This document shows, piece by piece, positions 26,217 to 36,064 of a DNA stretch of 64,000 nucleotides (positions are counted from its first letter, which is position 1; each line of letters begins with the position of its first letter). The position numbers were made by a program, and so were the translations under genes. The notes beneath the pieces are model-generated. The model did not search any database. It had not been told where the DNA came from and was given only the letters and a program-made list of their open reading frames with translations. Location of the stretch: positions 256,001-320,000 of the forward strand of contig CP060223.1 of NCBI GenBank assembly GCA_023898465.1, read 5' to 3'. This DNA is from Candidatus Nomurabacteria bacterium. Lineage in GTDB: Bacteria > Patescibacteriota > Patescibacteriia > HK-STAS-PATE-3.

Positions 26217-26333
26217 GCCAGTCAATAATCTCATCCTTGACAGAGCCGGTGGTTTTTGTATACTTTCTGGCCCTGTTCTTTCCCATCGCGAATATCGGCA
26301 ACGGCCTCATTCTTAACATGTTTGGGAGGCCGT

Positions 26334-26531
26334 ATGTCGATTGCGTTTACTCCCACTGAGCTTATTCTCCTCGGAGGATTTCTCGTCTGGATCATGGCCC
26401 AAATCTATGCTCCAATGAAAGGTCGCCGCAAAGCTGTCAGCTTCGGCGCCATCGAGATTGTCTTCCTGCTCGTGGGTCTCGCGGTATTGCTCCTCGGAGC
26501 AATCACCCTTGCACAGAATCCTGCCTTCTAG
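26334..26531 (+). CDS. Small two-TM membrane protein, hypothetical
   Basis: 65 aa from an ATG with GGGAGG 5 nt upstream. Preceded by TTGACA-N16-TATACT (26236-26263). The ORF track start at 26256 is less likely. Confidence 0.5.
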   Translation: MSIAFTPTELILLGGFLVWIMAQIYAPMKGRRKAVSFGAIEIVFLLVGLAVLLLGAITLAQNPAF

Positions 26532-26547
26532 GCGGGATTCTTTTTTT
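26516..26547 (+). terminator. Rho-independent terminator
   Basis: GAATCCTGCC / GGCGGGATTC stem followed by TTTTTTT. Confidence 0.7.
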
Positions 26548-26568
26548 AAAAGATGCTAGAGTATAGCT

Positions 26569-27003
26569 ATGAAAAATATTTTTCCAAAAGGGGTCGAGGT
26601 AGTAGCGGGGGTAATAATATTCCATAAAGGGAAGATTCTGATTGCACGCTCACCGAAGTGGTCAGATAAATGGACATTGCCGGGCGGCCATATTGATCCC
26701 GGAGAAACAATTGCAGAGGCGGCTATGCGAGAAGCGGAAGAAGAGACGGGCTTAAAGGTTCATCCACTTGGTTTTGTGAAAGCAGGTGAACTTATTTATT
26801 CAAAGGATTTTCACCGGCCTGCGCATTTTCTCTATTTTGATTATGCTGTTGAAGCAGATGATGGTAATGCAACACTTGATAAGCGCGAATTAACGGAAAT
26901 GCAATGGTGTTCTCCAAAAGAAGCGCTCCAGATGGACTTAGCAGAAAGTTTTTCTGAATCAATCCAAGCTTTTTTAGAAAAGTTTCCGCAATACGCCGGG
27001 TAG
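26569..27003 (+). CDS. NUDIX hydrolase
   Basis: Nudix box GGHIDPGETIAEAAMREAEEETGL. Confidence 0.85.
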   Translation: MKNIFPKGVEVVAGVIIFHKGKILIARSPKWSDKWTLPGGHIDPGETIAEAAMREAEEETGLKVHPLGFVKAGELIYSKDFHRPAHFLYFDYAVEADDGNATLDKRELTEMQWCSPKEALQMDLAESFSESIQAFLEKFPQYAG

Positions 27004-27045
27004 TGCTGCTTTTCTGAAGCGCGAAAAAATGGTATAGTAGGGCGC

Positions 27046-29721
27046 ATGACAGGGGGGCAAACCTGGCACAAATACAGCACAAAAGACACAATACAAAAAC
27101 TGCGGGGGAGCCGACAGGGTCTTCGTTCTAAGCAAGCGCAGCAACGGCTCAAGCAGTACGGACCAAATGTGTTACCCGCGGCAGCTGGACGTACCGCGCT
27201 GCAAATTTGGGGTAGGCAATTTGCCAGTCCATTGATGTTGTTATTGATCGCGGCAGCTGGAGTGAGCTTTGCCCTGCGCGATACCATCGATGCACAAGTA
27301 ATTCTCGCCGCAGTTGTTTTAAATGTGGTGGTAGGATTTATCCAGGAGTATCGAGCCGAACGTACTTTGGAATCTTTGCGCAAGGTGGTTACTTTTGATG
27401 CGCTGGTGTTGCGCGATGGAGTAGAGCGGAGCGTGGCGGCGCAGGATATTGTGCCCGGTGATGTTTTGGTAGTGCGGGCCGGGATGCGAGTGGTGGCTGA
27501 TGCGCGTCTTCTCGAAGTAAATGATTTGCAGGTAAATGAAGCAAGTCTCACCGGTGAAAGCACGCCAGTAGAGAAAATACATAGTGCCCTCGACGGACAT
27601 TTGGGTTTAGGCGACCAGCACAACATGCTTTTTAACGGAACAACGGTTATTGCCGGTTCAGGTCAGGCAATAGTCGTAGCGACCGGCACCTCGACCGAGT
27701 TCGGTCAAATTGCTCAAACCGTGCAGAATGTAAAAGAGGATGCGACACCCTGGCAGCAGCGTTTGCAACGATTTAGCCGTTTTATTACCCTGGTCGTCCT
27801 GGGCGTTGCGGCAGCAATTTTCATATTAGGTGCTTTTACTGGCCGTTCCTTGCCTGAAATGTTTGCTGTGTCGGTAGCCATCGCTGTTGCCGCAATTCCG
27901 GAGGGTTTGGCTATTGGGGTAACTGTGGTGCTGGTGATTGGCATGCGACGTATTTTGCAGCAGCAAGCGCTGACTCGACAGCTGGTCGCCGTGGAAACGC
28001 TCGGTGCAATCAGTGTGCTGTGCTTTGATAAGACAGGCACGGTGACTGAAGGCAACATGGCTGTAGTGCGCGTGGTAACCGAAAACCATGATCTGCACGC
28101 CTCCTCCGACGAGCTGCACGCGCATAGTAAAGATGTGGCTTCAACCAAGAGCACTGTCCGACTTTTCAAAATCGCTCTGCTCTGCAATGACGCGCATATT
28201 GAAAATGAAGATAAAGCGCTGGAGCATCGCCTGGTCACGGGTAATCCCACTGAGCGCGCGCTCGTAAATGCAGCCCACGCTCTAGGATTGACTCGACATG
28301 CCCTCGAATCTGACGCGCCTCGAGTCGCCAGCATACCCTTTAGCTCAAATCGTAAATTCATGCTAACCGTGCATCATGATGCGCAAGGCGATGTGGCCTA
28401 TGCAAAAGGCGCGCCAGAGGTAATTTTACAGGCCACGCATGCTATAGATTTGGATGGGAAGGAAGTAAAGATACACAATGATCGTCGTCGTGAGCTTCTC
28501 CAACGCGCTGAGACTTTGAGTCGCGAAGGCCTCCGCGTCCTCGCTTTTGCCTATGCACGCTTGCCTGATCATAAGAATGACGAGCCAAGTGCGCTGCCGC
28601 AACTCACCTTTGTCGGATTTGCCGGCTTAAAAGATCCACTCCGCGCTGAGGCAAAAACAGCTGTGCAGGCGCTCCAACACGCTGGCATTCACGCTGCCAT
28701 GATTACCGGTGATCACAAATTTACTGCTCAGGCAATTGCGAAAGAGTTAGGCTTACCCATTGCGGCAAAACACATCCTAACTGGCCAGGACCTAGAGCGA
28801 CTCAGCGATGCGGACCTGCAAAAGAAAATTCGCGGCATCCATGTGTACGCTCGCGTGTCGGCAAAAGACAAGATACGCATTGTAAAAGCCTGGAAAGCCT
28901 TAGGCGAGGTGGTGGCTATGACCGGCGATGGTATCAACGACGCCGCAGCCTTGAAAGCAGCTGACGTTGGCATTGGTTTAGGGTCAGGTACTGAGGTAGC
29001 CAAAGAAGCTGCTAAGGTAATTCTGCTCAACGATAATATTCAAACGATTGAGTCAGCAGTGGAGCAGGGGAGGATAATTTTTGAAAATATTAAAAAGGTG
29101 ACGCTGTATTTACTTTCCGATGCCTTTTCCGCAGTTATTTTAGTCGCACTCAGTTTACTTGGCGGTTTACCACTGGCGCTTTCAGCTGCGCAGATACTCT
29201 GGATAAACCTTGTTACCGACGGCCTGCCAAACATGGCCCTGACTATTGAGCCAAAGGAGCGTAATGTGATGGCAGAAAAACCGCGTCCACGCAGCGAGCC
29301 ACTGCTTGATCAGACCGGTAAAATCTTTGTCGCCAGTATCAGTGCAGTTACGGGCGTGTTGTCTTTCATACTCTTCTTCATTGTGTTGCGGGAAAGTGGC
29401 AATGAAATTCTGGCTCGCTCGGTTGCCTATGCCGCCTTAGGCACTACGACTTTGCTATACGCCTTTAGCCTGCGTCATATCCGACAAGGCTTATTTAGTG
29501 GTAATCCATTTCAGAATCGTTGGCTCAATCTCGCGGTCGGTGTTGGACTCATTCTCCAAATCGGCGTGTTGTATTGGGCTCCTTTGCAGCATTTCCTTGG
29601 CACAACTGCGATTGACTGGACGCATTGGAAGTTAATTTTTGTTATGAATATCACGGTCTTGCTCTTTATTGAAGCGTTGAAGCTTTTTGTCCACAGTGGA
29701 AAGAAAAAGGCAGCTGCGTAG
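27046..29721 (+). CDS. P-type cation-transporting ATPase (type II, Ca2+/Mg2+-like)
   Basis: 891 aa with TGES, the phosphorylation site CFDKTGTVT, MITGDH and GDGINDAAALKAADVG. Confidence 0.9.
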   Translation: MTGGQTWHKYSTKDTIQKLRGSRQGLRSKQAQQRLKQYGPNVLPAAAGRTALQIWGRQFASPLMLLLIAAAGVSFALRDTIDAQVILAAVVLNVVVGFIQEYRAERTLESLRKVVTFDALVLRDGVERSVAAQDIVPGDVLVVRAGMRVVADARLLEVNDLQVNEASLTGESTPVEKIHSALDGHLGLGDQHNMLFNGTTVIAGSGQAIVVATGTSTEFGQIAQTVQNVKEDATPWQQRLQRFSRFITLVVLGVAAAIFILGAFTGRSLPEMFAVSVAIAVAAIPEGLAIGVTVVLVIGMRRILQQQALTRQLVAVETLGAISVLCFDKTGTVTEGNMAVVRVVTENHDLHASSDELHAHSKDVASTKSTVRLFKIALLCNDAHIENEDKALEHRLVTGNPTERALVNAAHALGLTRHALESDAPRVASIPFSSNRKFMLTVHHDAQGDVAYAKGAPEVILQATHAIDLDGKEVKIHNDRRRELLQRAETLSREGLRVLAFAYARLPDHKNDEPSALPQLTFVGFAGLKDPLRAEAKTAVQALQHAGIHAAMITGDHKFTAQAIAKELGLPIAAKHILTGQDLERLSDADLQKKIRGIHVYARVSAKDKIRIVKAWKALGEVVAMTGDGINDAAALKAADVGIGLGSGTEVAKEAAKVILLNDNIQTIESAVEQGRIIFENIKKVTLYLLSDAFSAVILVALSLLGGLPLALSAAQILWINLVTDGLPNMALTIEPKERNVMAEKPRPRSEPLLDQTGKIFVASISAVTGVLSFILFFIVLRESGNEILARSVAYAALGTTTLLYAFSLRHIRQGLFSGNPFQNRWLNLAVGVGLILQIGVLYWAPLQHFLGTTAIDWTHWKLIFVMNITVLLFIEALKLFVHSGKKKAAA

Positions 29722-29784
29722 TCATTAGGGTAAAGTTGACGTTTCGCTTCAGAATAAGTACAATTTTAAGGTATTTACTGAACT

Positions 29785-31077
29785 ATGCCGACACTTCGGA
29801 TATCGGATATTGCTGAGCGTACCGGAGAGGAAATCACGCTCAAGGGTTGGGTAGCGAACCTGCGTTCCTCAGGTTCCATACTTTTTGTGCAGTTTCGTGA
29901 CGGAAGCGGCTTATTGCAGGCAATAGTGAGCAAAGACGCAGTTGGCGAGGAGCTTTTTCAGCAGGCAAAAACACTTACCATAGAGTCGTCCCTTAGCTTA
30001 ACCGGCGTCGTGCAGCAGGATGATCGCGCTCCGGGCGGCTATGAAATGCAGGTAAGTGCCTTGCACATCGTGCAGGTAGGTCAGGAATACCCCATAGGTA
30101 AAAAGGAGCACGGCGTTGATTTCCTCATGGATCATCGCCATTTGTGGCTGCGTTCACCGCGTCAGACTGCGATTTTGCGTATTCGCGACGAGATTATTTG
30201 GCAGTTGCGCAAATGGATGAAGGAAAACGGTTTTGTGTTAACTGATACGCCGATTCTCACTCCAACCTCTTGCGAAGGAACTACTACGCTTTTTGAAACT
30301 GATTACTTTGGCGAACCAGCGTATCTCGCACAGTCAGGTCAACTCTATTTAGAGGCAACCACTGCGGCCTTTGGGCGCGCCTATGACTTTGGACCGACCT
30401 TCCGGGCAGAAAAATCCAAAACCCGTCGCCATTTAACCGAATTCTGGATGCTCGATGCTGAAGCGGCTTTTGTGGACTTTGCCGGCAACATGGAAATTCA
30501 AGAGCAAATGATTTCGGCGGTCGTGCAAAATGTGTTACGGGAGCGTCAAAGTGATTTTGCCTTACTTGAACGCGATACCAGCTTCCTCGAAAAAGTAAAA
30601 GCGCCATTTCCACGACTCCGTTACGACGATGCCGTGAAAAAACTTCAGGAATTAGGAAATCCCATTAAAGTTGGTGACGATATTGGGGCTGACGAGGAAA
30701 TGCTTTTAACTAAGGAGTACGACACACCTTTCTTCCTCACGCATTTCCCCGCAGCGATTAAGGGATTTTATTTCCAGCCTGAGGAGGGGAACCCAGAGCG
30801 CGTCTTGGGCAGTGATTTACTCGCTCCTGAGGGTTATGGAGAGATTATTGGCGGCGCCCAGCGTATTCATGATCTCGCTTTACTCGAACAAAAAATGAAG
30901 GAATATAAGTTGCCGGTCAAAGACTACCAATGGTATCTCGACCTGCGTCGCTATGGTTCTTTCCCACATTCCGGTTTTGGACTCGGCTTGGAGCGAGTTG
31001 TGGCCTGGATGTGTGGATTGGATCACGTGCGAGAGAGTATTCCTTTTCCTCGACTCTTAACCAGACTACGCCCATGA
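29785..31077 (+). CDS. asnS: Asparaginyl-tRNA synthetase
   Basis: 430-aa class IIb enzyme. [27 protein letters not shown] matches AsnRS rather than archaeal-type AspRS. Motif 3 is GFGLGLERV. Confidence 0.8.
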   Translation: MPTLRISDIAERTGEEITLKGWVANLRSSGSILFVQFRDGSGLLQAIVSKDAVGEELFQQAKTLTIESSLSLTGVVQQDDRAPGGYEMQVSALHIVQVGQEYPIGKKEHGVDFLMDHRHLWLRSPRQTAILRIRDEIIWQLRKWMKENGFVLTDTPILTPTSCEGTTTLFETDYFGEPAYLAQSGQLYLEATTAAFGRAYDFGPTFRAEKSKTRRHLTEFWMLDAEAAFVDFAGNMEIQEQMISAVVQNVLRERQSDFALLERDTSFLEKVKAPFPRLRYDDAVKKLQELGNPIKVGDDIGADEEMLLTKEYDTPFFLTHFPAAIKGFYFQPEEGNPERVLGSDLLAPEGYGEIIGGAQRIHDLALLEQKMKEYKLPVKDYQWYLDLRRYGSFPHSGFGLGLERVVAWMCGLDHVRESIPFPRLLTRLRP

Positions 31078-31487
31078 ACAAACAATGGATCATCTCCATC
31101 GTGAGTATTGCAGTTCTTTCTTTTGCTGCTGGCGTTTTCTTACTTGCTCGCGAGCAAAATAACTCTATCGATGCAGAAGTGCGCGGAGCAACCGATACGC
31201 GCGGTGTGTACAGTGTCTTAGTGCAAGCACATAGCCAAACAAGCGCTGATTTAAGCGGAATTCAGATTGAGGCGAGTCAATTAGGGACTGTGCAAGGTGA
31301 AAATCCTTTTTCTCAAATCTTAGCGATTGATACACAAAACGAGATTGTTTTTTCTCTTCCTGAAGGCAAATATTTACTGCATCCGGTGGATCAGGAATCC
31401 TATGCCGGTAGCACAGTTGTCGAGTTAAAGGGAAATACTACGGTTGATTTACGACTTGTTATGAAAACCCAAGAGGAAGCGCAATGA
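31074..31487 (+). CDS. Hypothetical membrane-anchored protein
   Basis: 137 aa from an ATG in an ATGA overlap with the asnS stop. N-terminal TM helix ([21 protein letters not shown]). Its own stop overlaps the aspS start, again as ATGA. Confidence 0.5.
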   Translation: MNKQWIISIVSIAVLSFAAGVFLLAREQNNSIDAEVRGATDTRGVYSVLVQAHSQTSADLSGIQIEASQLGTVQGENPFSQILAIDTQNEIVFSLPEGKYLLHPVDQESYAGSTVVELKGNTTVDLRLVMKTQEEAQ

Positions 31488-32893
31488 ATCGACGATTAAC
31501 TCGGGAAACGCCGGAACTTGTTGGCGAGGAAATAGTCTTAAAAGGATGGGTACATGCTCGCCGAAACATGGGTAAGCTTGTGTTTGTAGATTTGCGCGAC
31601 CGCTCTGGACTTGTACAGCTGGTTTTTTCGCAGGAAAACGCTGAGGTATACGCGATTGGTAAAAGTTTCCGCTCTGAGTTTGTGGTGAGCGTGCAAGGCA
31701 AGGTAGTGGAAAGAGAGGCAAATCGCGTTTCTGATGCGCCAAATGGTAAAGTTGAGGTGCTAGTGGAAAAAGCCGAGATTATCAGCCAATCTGAAACGCC
31801 TCCCTTTGAAATCGTGAATGAGGATCGCCAGGCAAATGACGAGCTGCGCTTGCAATATCGCTATCTAGATTTGCGACATGAACGCATGCAGCGAAATATC
31901 AAGAAGCGACATCAGATGGCACAGTTTGTTCGCCGCTATTTAAGCGAGCAGGATTTCACTGAAATTCACACGCCGATTTTATCGAAATCGACTCCAGAAG
32001 GCGCTCGTGACTTCCTGGTGCCGTCGCGATTACAAGCTGGTAAATTTTTTGCCCTACCGCAGTCTCCTCAACAGTATAAGCAGCTTTTGATGGTAGCCGG
32101 CTTTGAGCGCTATTTCCAAATCGCTCCATGCTTCCGCGATGAAGATGCTCGAGTCGATCGAGCGCCGGGCGACTTTTATCAAATTGATATGGAGTTGTCG
32201 TTTGTGACCCAGGATGAAATCCTTCGCTTGACTGAGGAAATGTTCACCAAGCTAATCGCTGAAGTATTTCCAGAAAAGAAAATCCTGCAATCGCCCTGGC
32301 CGCGGCTCACACACGCTGAGGTGATGGAGAAATACGGCACGGACAAACCTGATTTGCGTAAGAATAAAGACGACGATAATGAGCTGGCTTTTGCCTGGGT
32401 GCTTGATTTCCCGCTTTTTGTCACGCAGTCTGAGGAAGATTTCTTTCACGGTTCTGGGAAATCTCGTTACGCGCCTTCGCACCACATGTTCACCGCGCCC
32501 AAGGAAGAGGATATTCCTATGCTCGACAGCGATCCTGGCAAAGTGCGCTCATACCAGCATGATTTAGTGCTGAATGGCTTTGAAGTCGGTGGGGGAAGTA
32601 TGCGTATTCATCAACCAGAGATTCAGGAAAAAGTGTTTGACATCATTGGTTTTACCAAGGAGCAAAAAAAAGAATTCCGTCACTTACTCACTGCGTTTAA
32701 ATACGGCGTGCCTCCGCACGGTGGTATTGCTCCAGGCTTTGATCGCTTACTTTTCCGTTTATTGGGCGAGACAAGCATTCGGGAAATTATTCCTTTCCCG
32801 CTCACGTCAGATGGCCGTGATCCAATGATGGGATCGCCTTCAAAAGTCGCTCCAAATCAACTTCGCGATTTACATATTCGTGTAGAGAAGTAA
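31484..32893 (+). CDS. aspS: Aspartyl-tRNA synthetase, bacterial type lacking the GAD insertion domain
   Basis: QSPQQYKQLLMVAGFERYFQIAPCFRDEDARVDRAPGDFYQIDMELSF and GGIAPGFDRL are present. At 469 aa, the sequence runs from DKPDLR almost straight into FAWVLDFPLF. Confidence 0.9.
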   Translation: MNRRLTRETPELVGEEIVLKGWVHARRNMGKLVFVDLRDRSGLVQLVFSQENAEVYAIGKSFRSEFVVSVQGKVVEREANRVSDAPNGKVEVLVEKAEIISQSETPPFEIVNEDRQANDELRLQYRYLDLRHERMQRNIKKRHQMAQFVRRYLSEQDFTEIHTPILSKSTPEGARDFLVPSRLQAGKFFALPQSPQQYKQLLMVAGFERYFQIAPCFRDEDARVDRAPGDFYQIDMELSFVTQDEILRLTEEMFTKLIAEVFPEKKILQSPWPRLTHAEVMEKYGTDKPDLRKNKDDDNELAFAWVLDFPLFVTQSEEDFFHGSGKSRYAPSHHMFTAPKEEDIPMLDSDPGKVRSYQHDLVLNGFEVGGGSMRIHQPEIQEKVFDIIGFTKEQKKEFRHLLTAFKYGVPPHGGIAPGFDRLLFRLLGETSIREIIPFPLTSDGRDPMMGSPSKVAPNQLRDLHIRVEK

Positions 32894-32895
32894 GT

Positions 32896-33228
32896 ATGGG
32901 CCTCTCGCGCCTGCAGAAATATATCCTGAGGGAATTGGCGCAGACTCGACAAAAACAGGTGCCGAGCCAGCAGTTTCGTAAGTATTACACGAAGCAGTCA
33001 GCCAAGCCCAAGCAGAACGACATCGTTTCCATTGTCAGCACTTCCATTGAGCGTTTAATTGAGAGGGGGCTAGTCGTTGGCTACGGACGTCGCACCAAAG
33101 AGAAGTGGTTTATTGAAACGATTAGTCTGACTCCGAACGGTCGACATATCGCCAGAGCCTTACTCGGTCAACAACAGCGCTTGCCGCTCTTCCGCAGAAA
33201 AAAACATTCATCATCTTCCCATGCCTAA
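32896..33228 (+). CDS. Hypothetical basic protein (possible winged-helix)
   Basis: 110 aa, lysine/arginine/glutamine-rich. No family recognised. Confidence 0.4.
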   Translation: MGLSRLQKYILRELAQTRQKQVPSQQFRKYYTKQSAKPKQNDIVSIVSTSIERLIERGLVVGYGRRTKEKWFIETISLTPNGRHIARALLGQQQRLPLFRRKKHSSSSHA

Positions 33229-33814
33229 AAAAACTCCAAAGATTCCTCCCAAAGTAGATCGTTACCTTAGCCAAGCTGAATATCGCTTCGAGGCTTTTGT
33301 ACACCGAACGGTTTTTACGGCCTATGATTTAGCGCAGACCCTGAAATTTCCTTTAGAGAAAATCGCGAAAGTATTGCTGGTGCGGGCTGATAAGGACTTC
33401 GCGCTTATTGTGGTGGCAGCTAAGCGACGCCTGGACATGGCCAAAATCAAGAAGGCGCTCAAAGTAAAAAGCGTGAAAATTGCCAGCGAGAAAGATATGG
33501 TGAAGTACTTTAAGGTAAAAGCCGGTGCGATGACTGCCTTTGCCAAACTGCACGGCATTACCATGGCGCTGGATCGCGGATTAGCCAAAGAGTCGCAGGT
33601 GCTTTTCCCCAGTGGTGATTTTCAAATCGCCTTGCGGCTTTCTCCTAAGCAAGTGGTGAAGAATGAAGAGGCTATCCTGGCTGATTTGAGCGTTGCCACT
33701 AATCTGAAACTGCAGACACCCAAAAAGCCTCAGAAGAAATCCCGCCCAAAGAAAAAGGCGCGTCCCAGCAAAAAGAAAGTTTCATCGCCTAAACGGAAGA
33801 AGGGGAAGCGCTAG
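33221..33814 (+). CDS. YbaK/ProX-type aminoacyl-tRNA deacylase domain protein with polybasic C-terminal tail
   Basis: The core (KVLLVRADKDFALIVVAAKRRLDMAKIKKAL...GAMTAF) resembles the YbaK/EbsC family. The last 35 aa or so are PKKPQKKSRPKKKARPSKKKVSSPKRKKGKR. Confidence 0.65.
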   Translation: MPKKTPKIPPKVDRYLSQAEYRFEAFVHRTVFTAYDLAQTLKFPLEKIAKVLLVRADKDFALIVVAAKRRLDMAKIKKALKVKSVKIASEKDMVKYFKVKAGAMTAFAKLHGITMALDRGLAKESQVLFPSGDFQIALRLSPKQVVKNEEAILADLSVATNLKLQTPKKPQKKSRPKKKARPSKKKVSSPKRKKGKR

Positions 33815-34533
33815 TGTATCAAATCAAGCTGCAGCAATTTGAAGGGCCGCTTGATCTGCTTTTGCGTTTGATTGAGCAGAATCAGCTGGATATTTCTCAA
33901 TTAGCCCTGGCGGAAGTCACCGAGCAGTTTATTGCAGAGATTGAAGCGGCTGAGTATATGAGTCCGGAGGAGCTGGCTGACTTCTTAGTCGTGGCTGCTA
34001 AACTGCTCTACATCAAGTCAAAAATACTCTTACCGCGTGATGAAGAGGATGAGGAAGAAGACCCGGGCATTTCCTTAGAGCAGCAGCTACGTCTTTACCG
34101 AGCCTACATTGATGCAGCCAAGCATATTGCCGAGCGCTGGCAAAAAGGCGATCGTATGTTTGTGCGCGAGCAGGCTAGTTTGCCTGAATCAATTTTCTTA
34201 CCACCACCGGGTGTGACACCAACCTTGCTCCAAGAGTTACTCTTGCACGTGATTGCCGGTATTGAGCCGATTGTGAATGTGAACGAAGGTGTGGTGCGCG
34301 CCACCGTAAACATCCGCGAAAAAATTACGCAAATTCGCGACATGCTGACTGCACAGCCCGACATTCGCTTCAATTCCTTGCTCGAAAAAATTACCACCAA
34401 GACTGAACTCGTTGTTACCTTCTTAGCCATGCTGGAGTTGGTCAAGCAGCGTTCAGTATTGCTGCACCAAGAAGATAATTTTTCCGACATTGTTATTTCC
34501 AGTTATAATGAAAGTCCTAACGAAAACGTATGA
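33814..34533 (+). CDS. scpA: Segregation and condensation protein A
   Basis: GTG start. FEGPLDLLLRLIEQNQLDISQLALAEVTEQF is the typical ScpA N-terminus. Confidence 0.85.
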   Translation: MYQIKLQQFEGPLDLLLRLIEQNQLDISQLALAEVTEQFIAEIEAAEYMSPEELADFLVVAAKLLYIKSKILLPRDEEDEEEDPGISLEQQLRLYRAYIDAAKHIAERWQKGDRMFVREQASLPESIFLPPPGVTPTLLQELLLHVIAGIEPIVNVNEGVVRATVNIREKITQIRDMLTAQPDIRFNSLLEKITTKTELVVTFLAMLELVKQRSVLLHQEDNFSDIVISSYNESPNENV

Positions 34534-35237
34534 CACTTGAAGCCCAAATCGAAGCATTACTTTTTGCCAGCGCCCGATCTATCAGCCTGAAAAAAATCAG
34601 CGAGCTTACGCAGCAAGACACTGAGAAGGTGCAAAGCGCGGTAGAGCAGCTTATTGAAAAATATCGCAGCGAAGAGCGAGGGATTCGACTTATTCGTCAG
34701 GCGCAATCCGTCCAAATGGCCACCAGCGCTGAGGCCAGCGACATTGTCACCGCTCTGGTAAAGGATGATCAGCGGGCTGAGCTGACCAAACCGGCCCTGG
34801 AAACACTCACCATCATTGCTTACCGTGGACCGATTACCAAGGCAGAGCTCGACACTATCCGTGGTGTGAACTGCAGTTTGATTCTCCGCAACCTGATGAT
34901 TAAGGGCTTGGTGGAAACAGCGGAACGCGGACAAAAAATAATGACGAGCTATCAAGTGACCAATGATTTTCTGAGCTTCCTTGGATTGGAAAATATTGAT
35001 CAACTGCCTGACTATGCTACCTTGCATAGTGAAGAGCACATGAATAAGCTCCTGGAAAACGACGCAAAAGCCGCTACAGAAGCAGAAAAGACTGCTGAGG
35101 AAGGCGAGGACAAGCCTCAGGAGCAGTCTGAAGAGCCGACTCAAGCTATAGAGGACGAGACAAGCTCCAGTGAACATGCTTCATCAGATGGAAACGATGA
35201 GGCGAGCGAAGGGGAACATGATCAAAACACCAACTGA
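34530..35237 (+). CDS. scpB: Segregation and condensation protein B with acidic C-terminal tail
   Basis: IEALLFAS, LETLTIIAYRGPITKAELDTIRGV. The C-terminal region is glutamate/aspartate/serine-rich. Confidence 0.85.
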   Translation: MTLEAQIEALLFASARSISLKKISELTQQDTEKVQSAVEQLIEKYRSEERGIRLIRQAQSVQMATSAEASDIVTALVKDDQRAELTKPALETLTIIAYRGPITKAELDTIRGVNCSLILRNLMIKGLVETAERGQKIMTSYQVTNDFLSFLGLENIDQLPDYATLHSEEHMNKLLENDAKAATEAEKTAEEGEDKPQEQSEEPTQAIEDETSSSEHASSDGNDEASEGEHDQNTN

Positions 35238-36051
35238 ATTTACCAAGCGCAATGAGCCCTTCTTTGTGTTGGGCAATTGGAAAATGCATTTACGCGCCAG
35301 TGAGAGTGCGCGCATAGCCAAGGGTTTGGTGAGCACGGCCAAGCGCGTGCAGGGCAAGGTGACGACGGTGGTCTTCCCTAGCTTTCCCGCATTAGAGAAG
35401 GTCCACACCCAGGTAAAAAAGAGCGCGGTGCAGCTGGGAGCGCAAAATATGTCTTGGGAACTAGATGCCAGTGATACTGGTGAGGTTTCGGCTGAGCAGA
35501 TTAAGGAATTTGGTGCGTCCTGGGTTATTATTGGCCATTCTGAACGGCGCTTAAAACTGGCTGAGTCAGATGAAATGATAGAGCGTAAATTGGCTGCAGC
35601 GCTTTTGCGCGGGTTGCAGCCGGTCTTATGCGTGGGCGAGTCTGCACTTGAGCGTAACCAAGGCAGGGGATTATTGCATATCATGCATCAAGTTGAATCA
35701 GCCATGCGTTACGTGCAGCCGCAAAAAGATCAGGTGATTACCATTGCCTATGAGCCAATCTGGGCTATTTCACCTGGTAAACCCTGCGAGCCGGCTGATG
35801 CTGATGAAATGACGCAAAATATCCGACAAGTTCTCATTGACCGCTACGGGGTAAAACCAGCCTACCAACATTTCCGGATTCTCTATGGCGGGAGCGTCGA
35901 TGCCAACAATATTGCCTCGTATTTACGCTTAGATGAAGTTTCCGGCGTACTTGTCGGCAGCGCCTCGCTGAAAATTCCTTCATTTCGTGCTATGCTAGTG
36001 AAAGCTGCTCAGCTTCGGCAGTCGTTAGTAAAGAAGCGCACTCATTCCTAA
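35218..36051 (+). CDS. tpiA: Triosephosphate isomerase
   Basis: GNWKMH, IIGHSERR, YEPIWAI, YGGSV. The ATG at 35218 has GAAGGGGA upstream; the ORF track starts at 35170. Confidence 0.85.
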   Translation: MIKTPTEFTKRNEPFFVLGNWKMHLRASESARIAKGLVSTAKRVQGKVTTVVFPSFPALEKVHTQVKKSAVQLGAQNMSWELDASDTGEVSAEQIKEFGASWVIIGHSERRLKLAESDEMIERKLAAALLRGLQPVLCVGESALERNQGRGLLHIMHQVESAMRYVQPQKDQVITIAYEPIWAISPGKPCEPADADEMTQNIRQVLIDRYGVKPAYQHFRILYGGSVDANNIASYLRLDEVSGVLVGSASLKIPSFRAMLVKAAQLRQSLVKKRTHS

Positions 36052-36064
36052 TACTCCCGTATCC

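Noticed and set aside
26841-27626. 261-aa minus-strand ORF, plus the 215-aa ORF at 27714-28361 and other long antisense ORFs.
   Set aside because: They are antisense to the well-supported P-type ATPase gene. The translations are arginine/serine/alanine-rich with no motifs, a typical shadow ORF of a moderately GC-rich gene.
34557-35684. 206-aa and 166-aa minus-strand ORFs opposite scpB and tpiA.
   Set aside because: These are shadow ORFs. The plus-strand genes carry clear family motifs.
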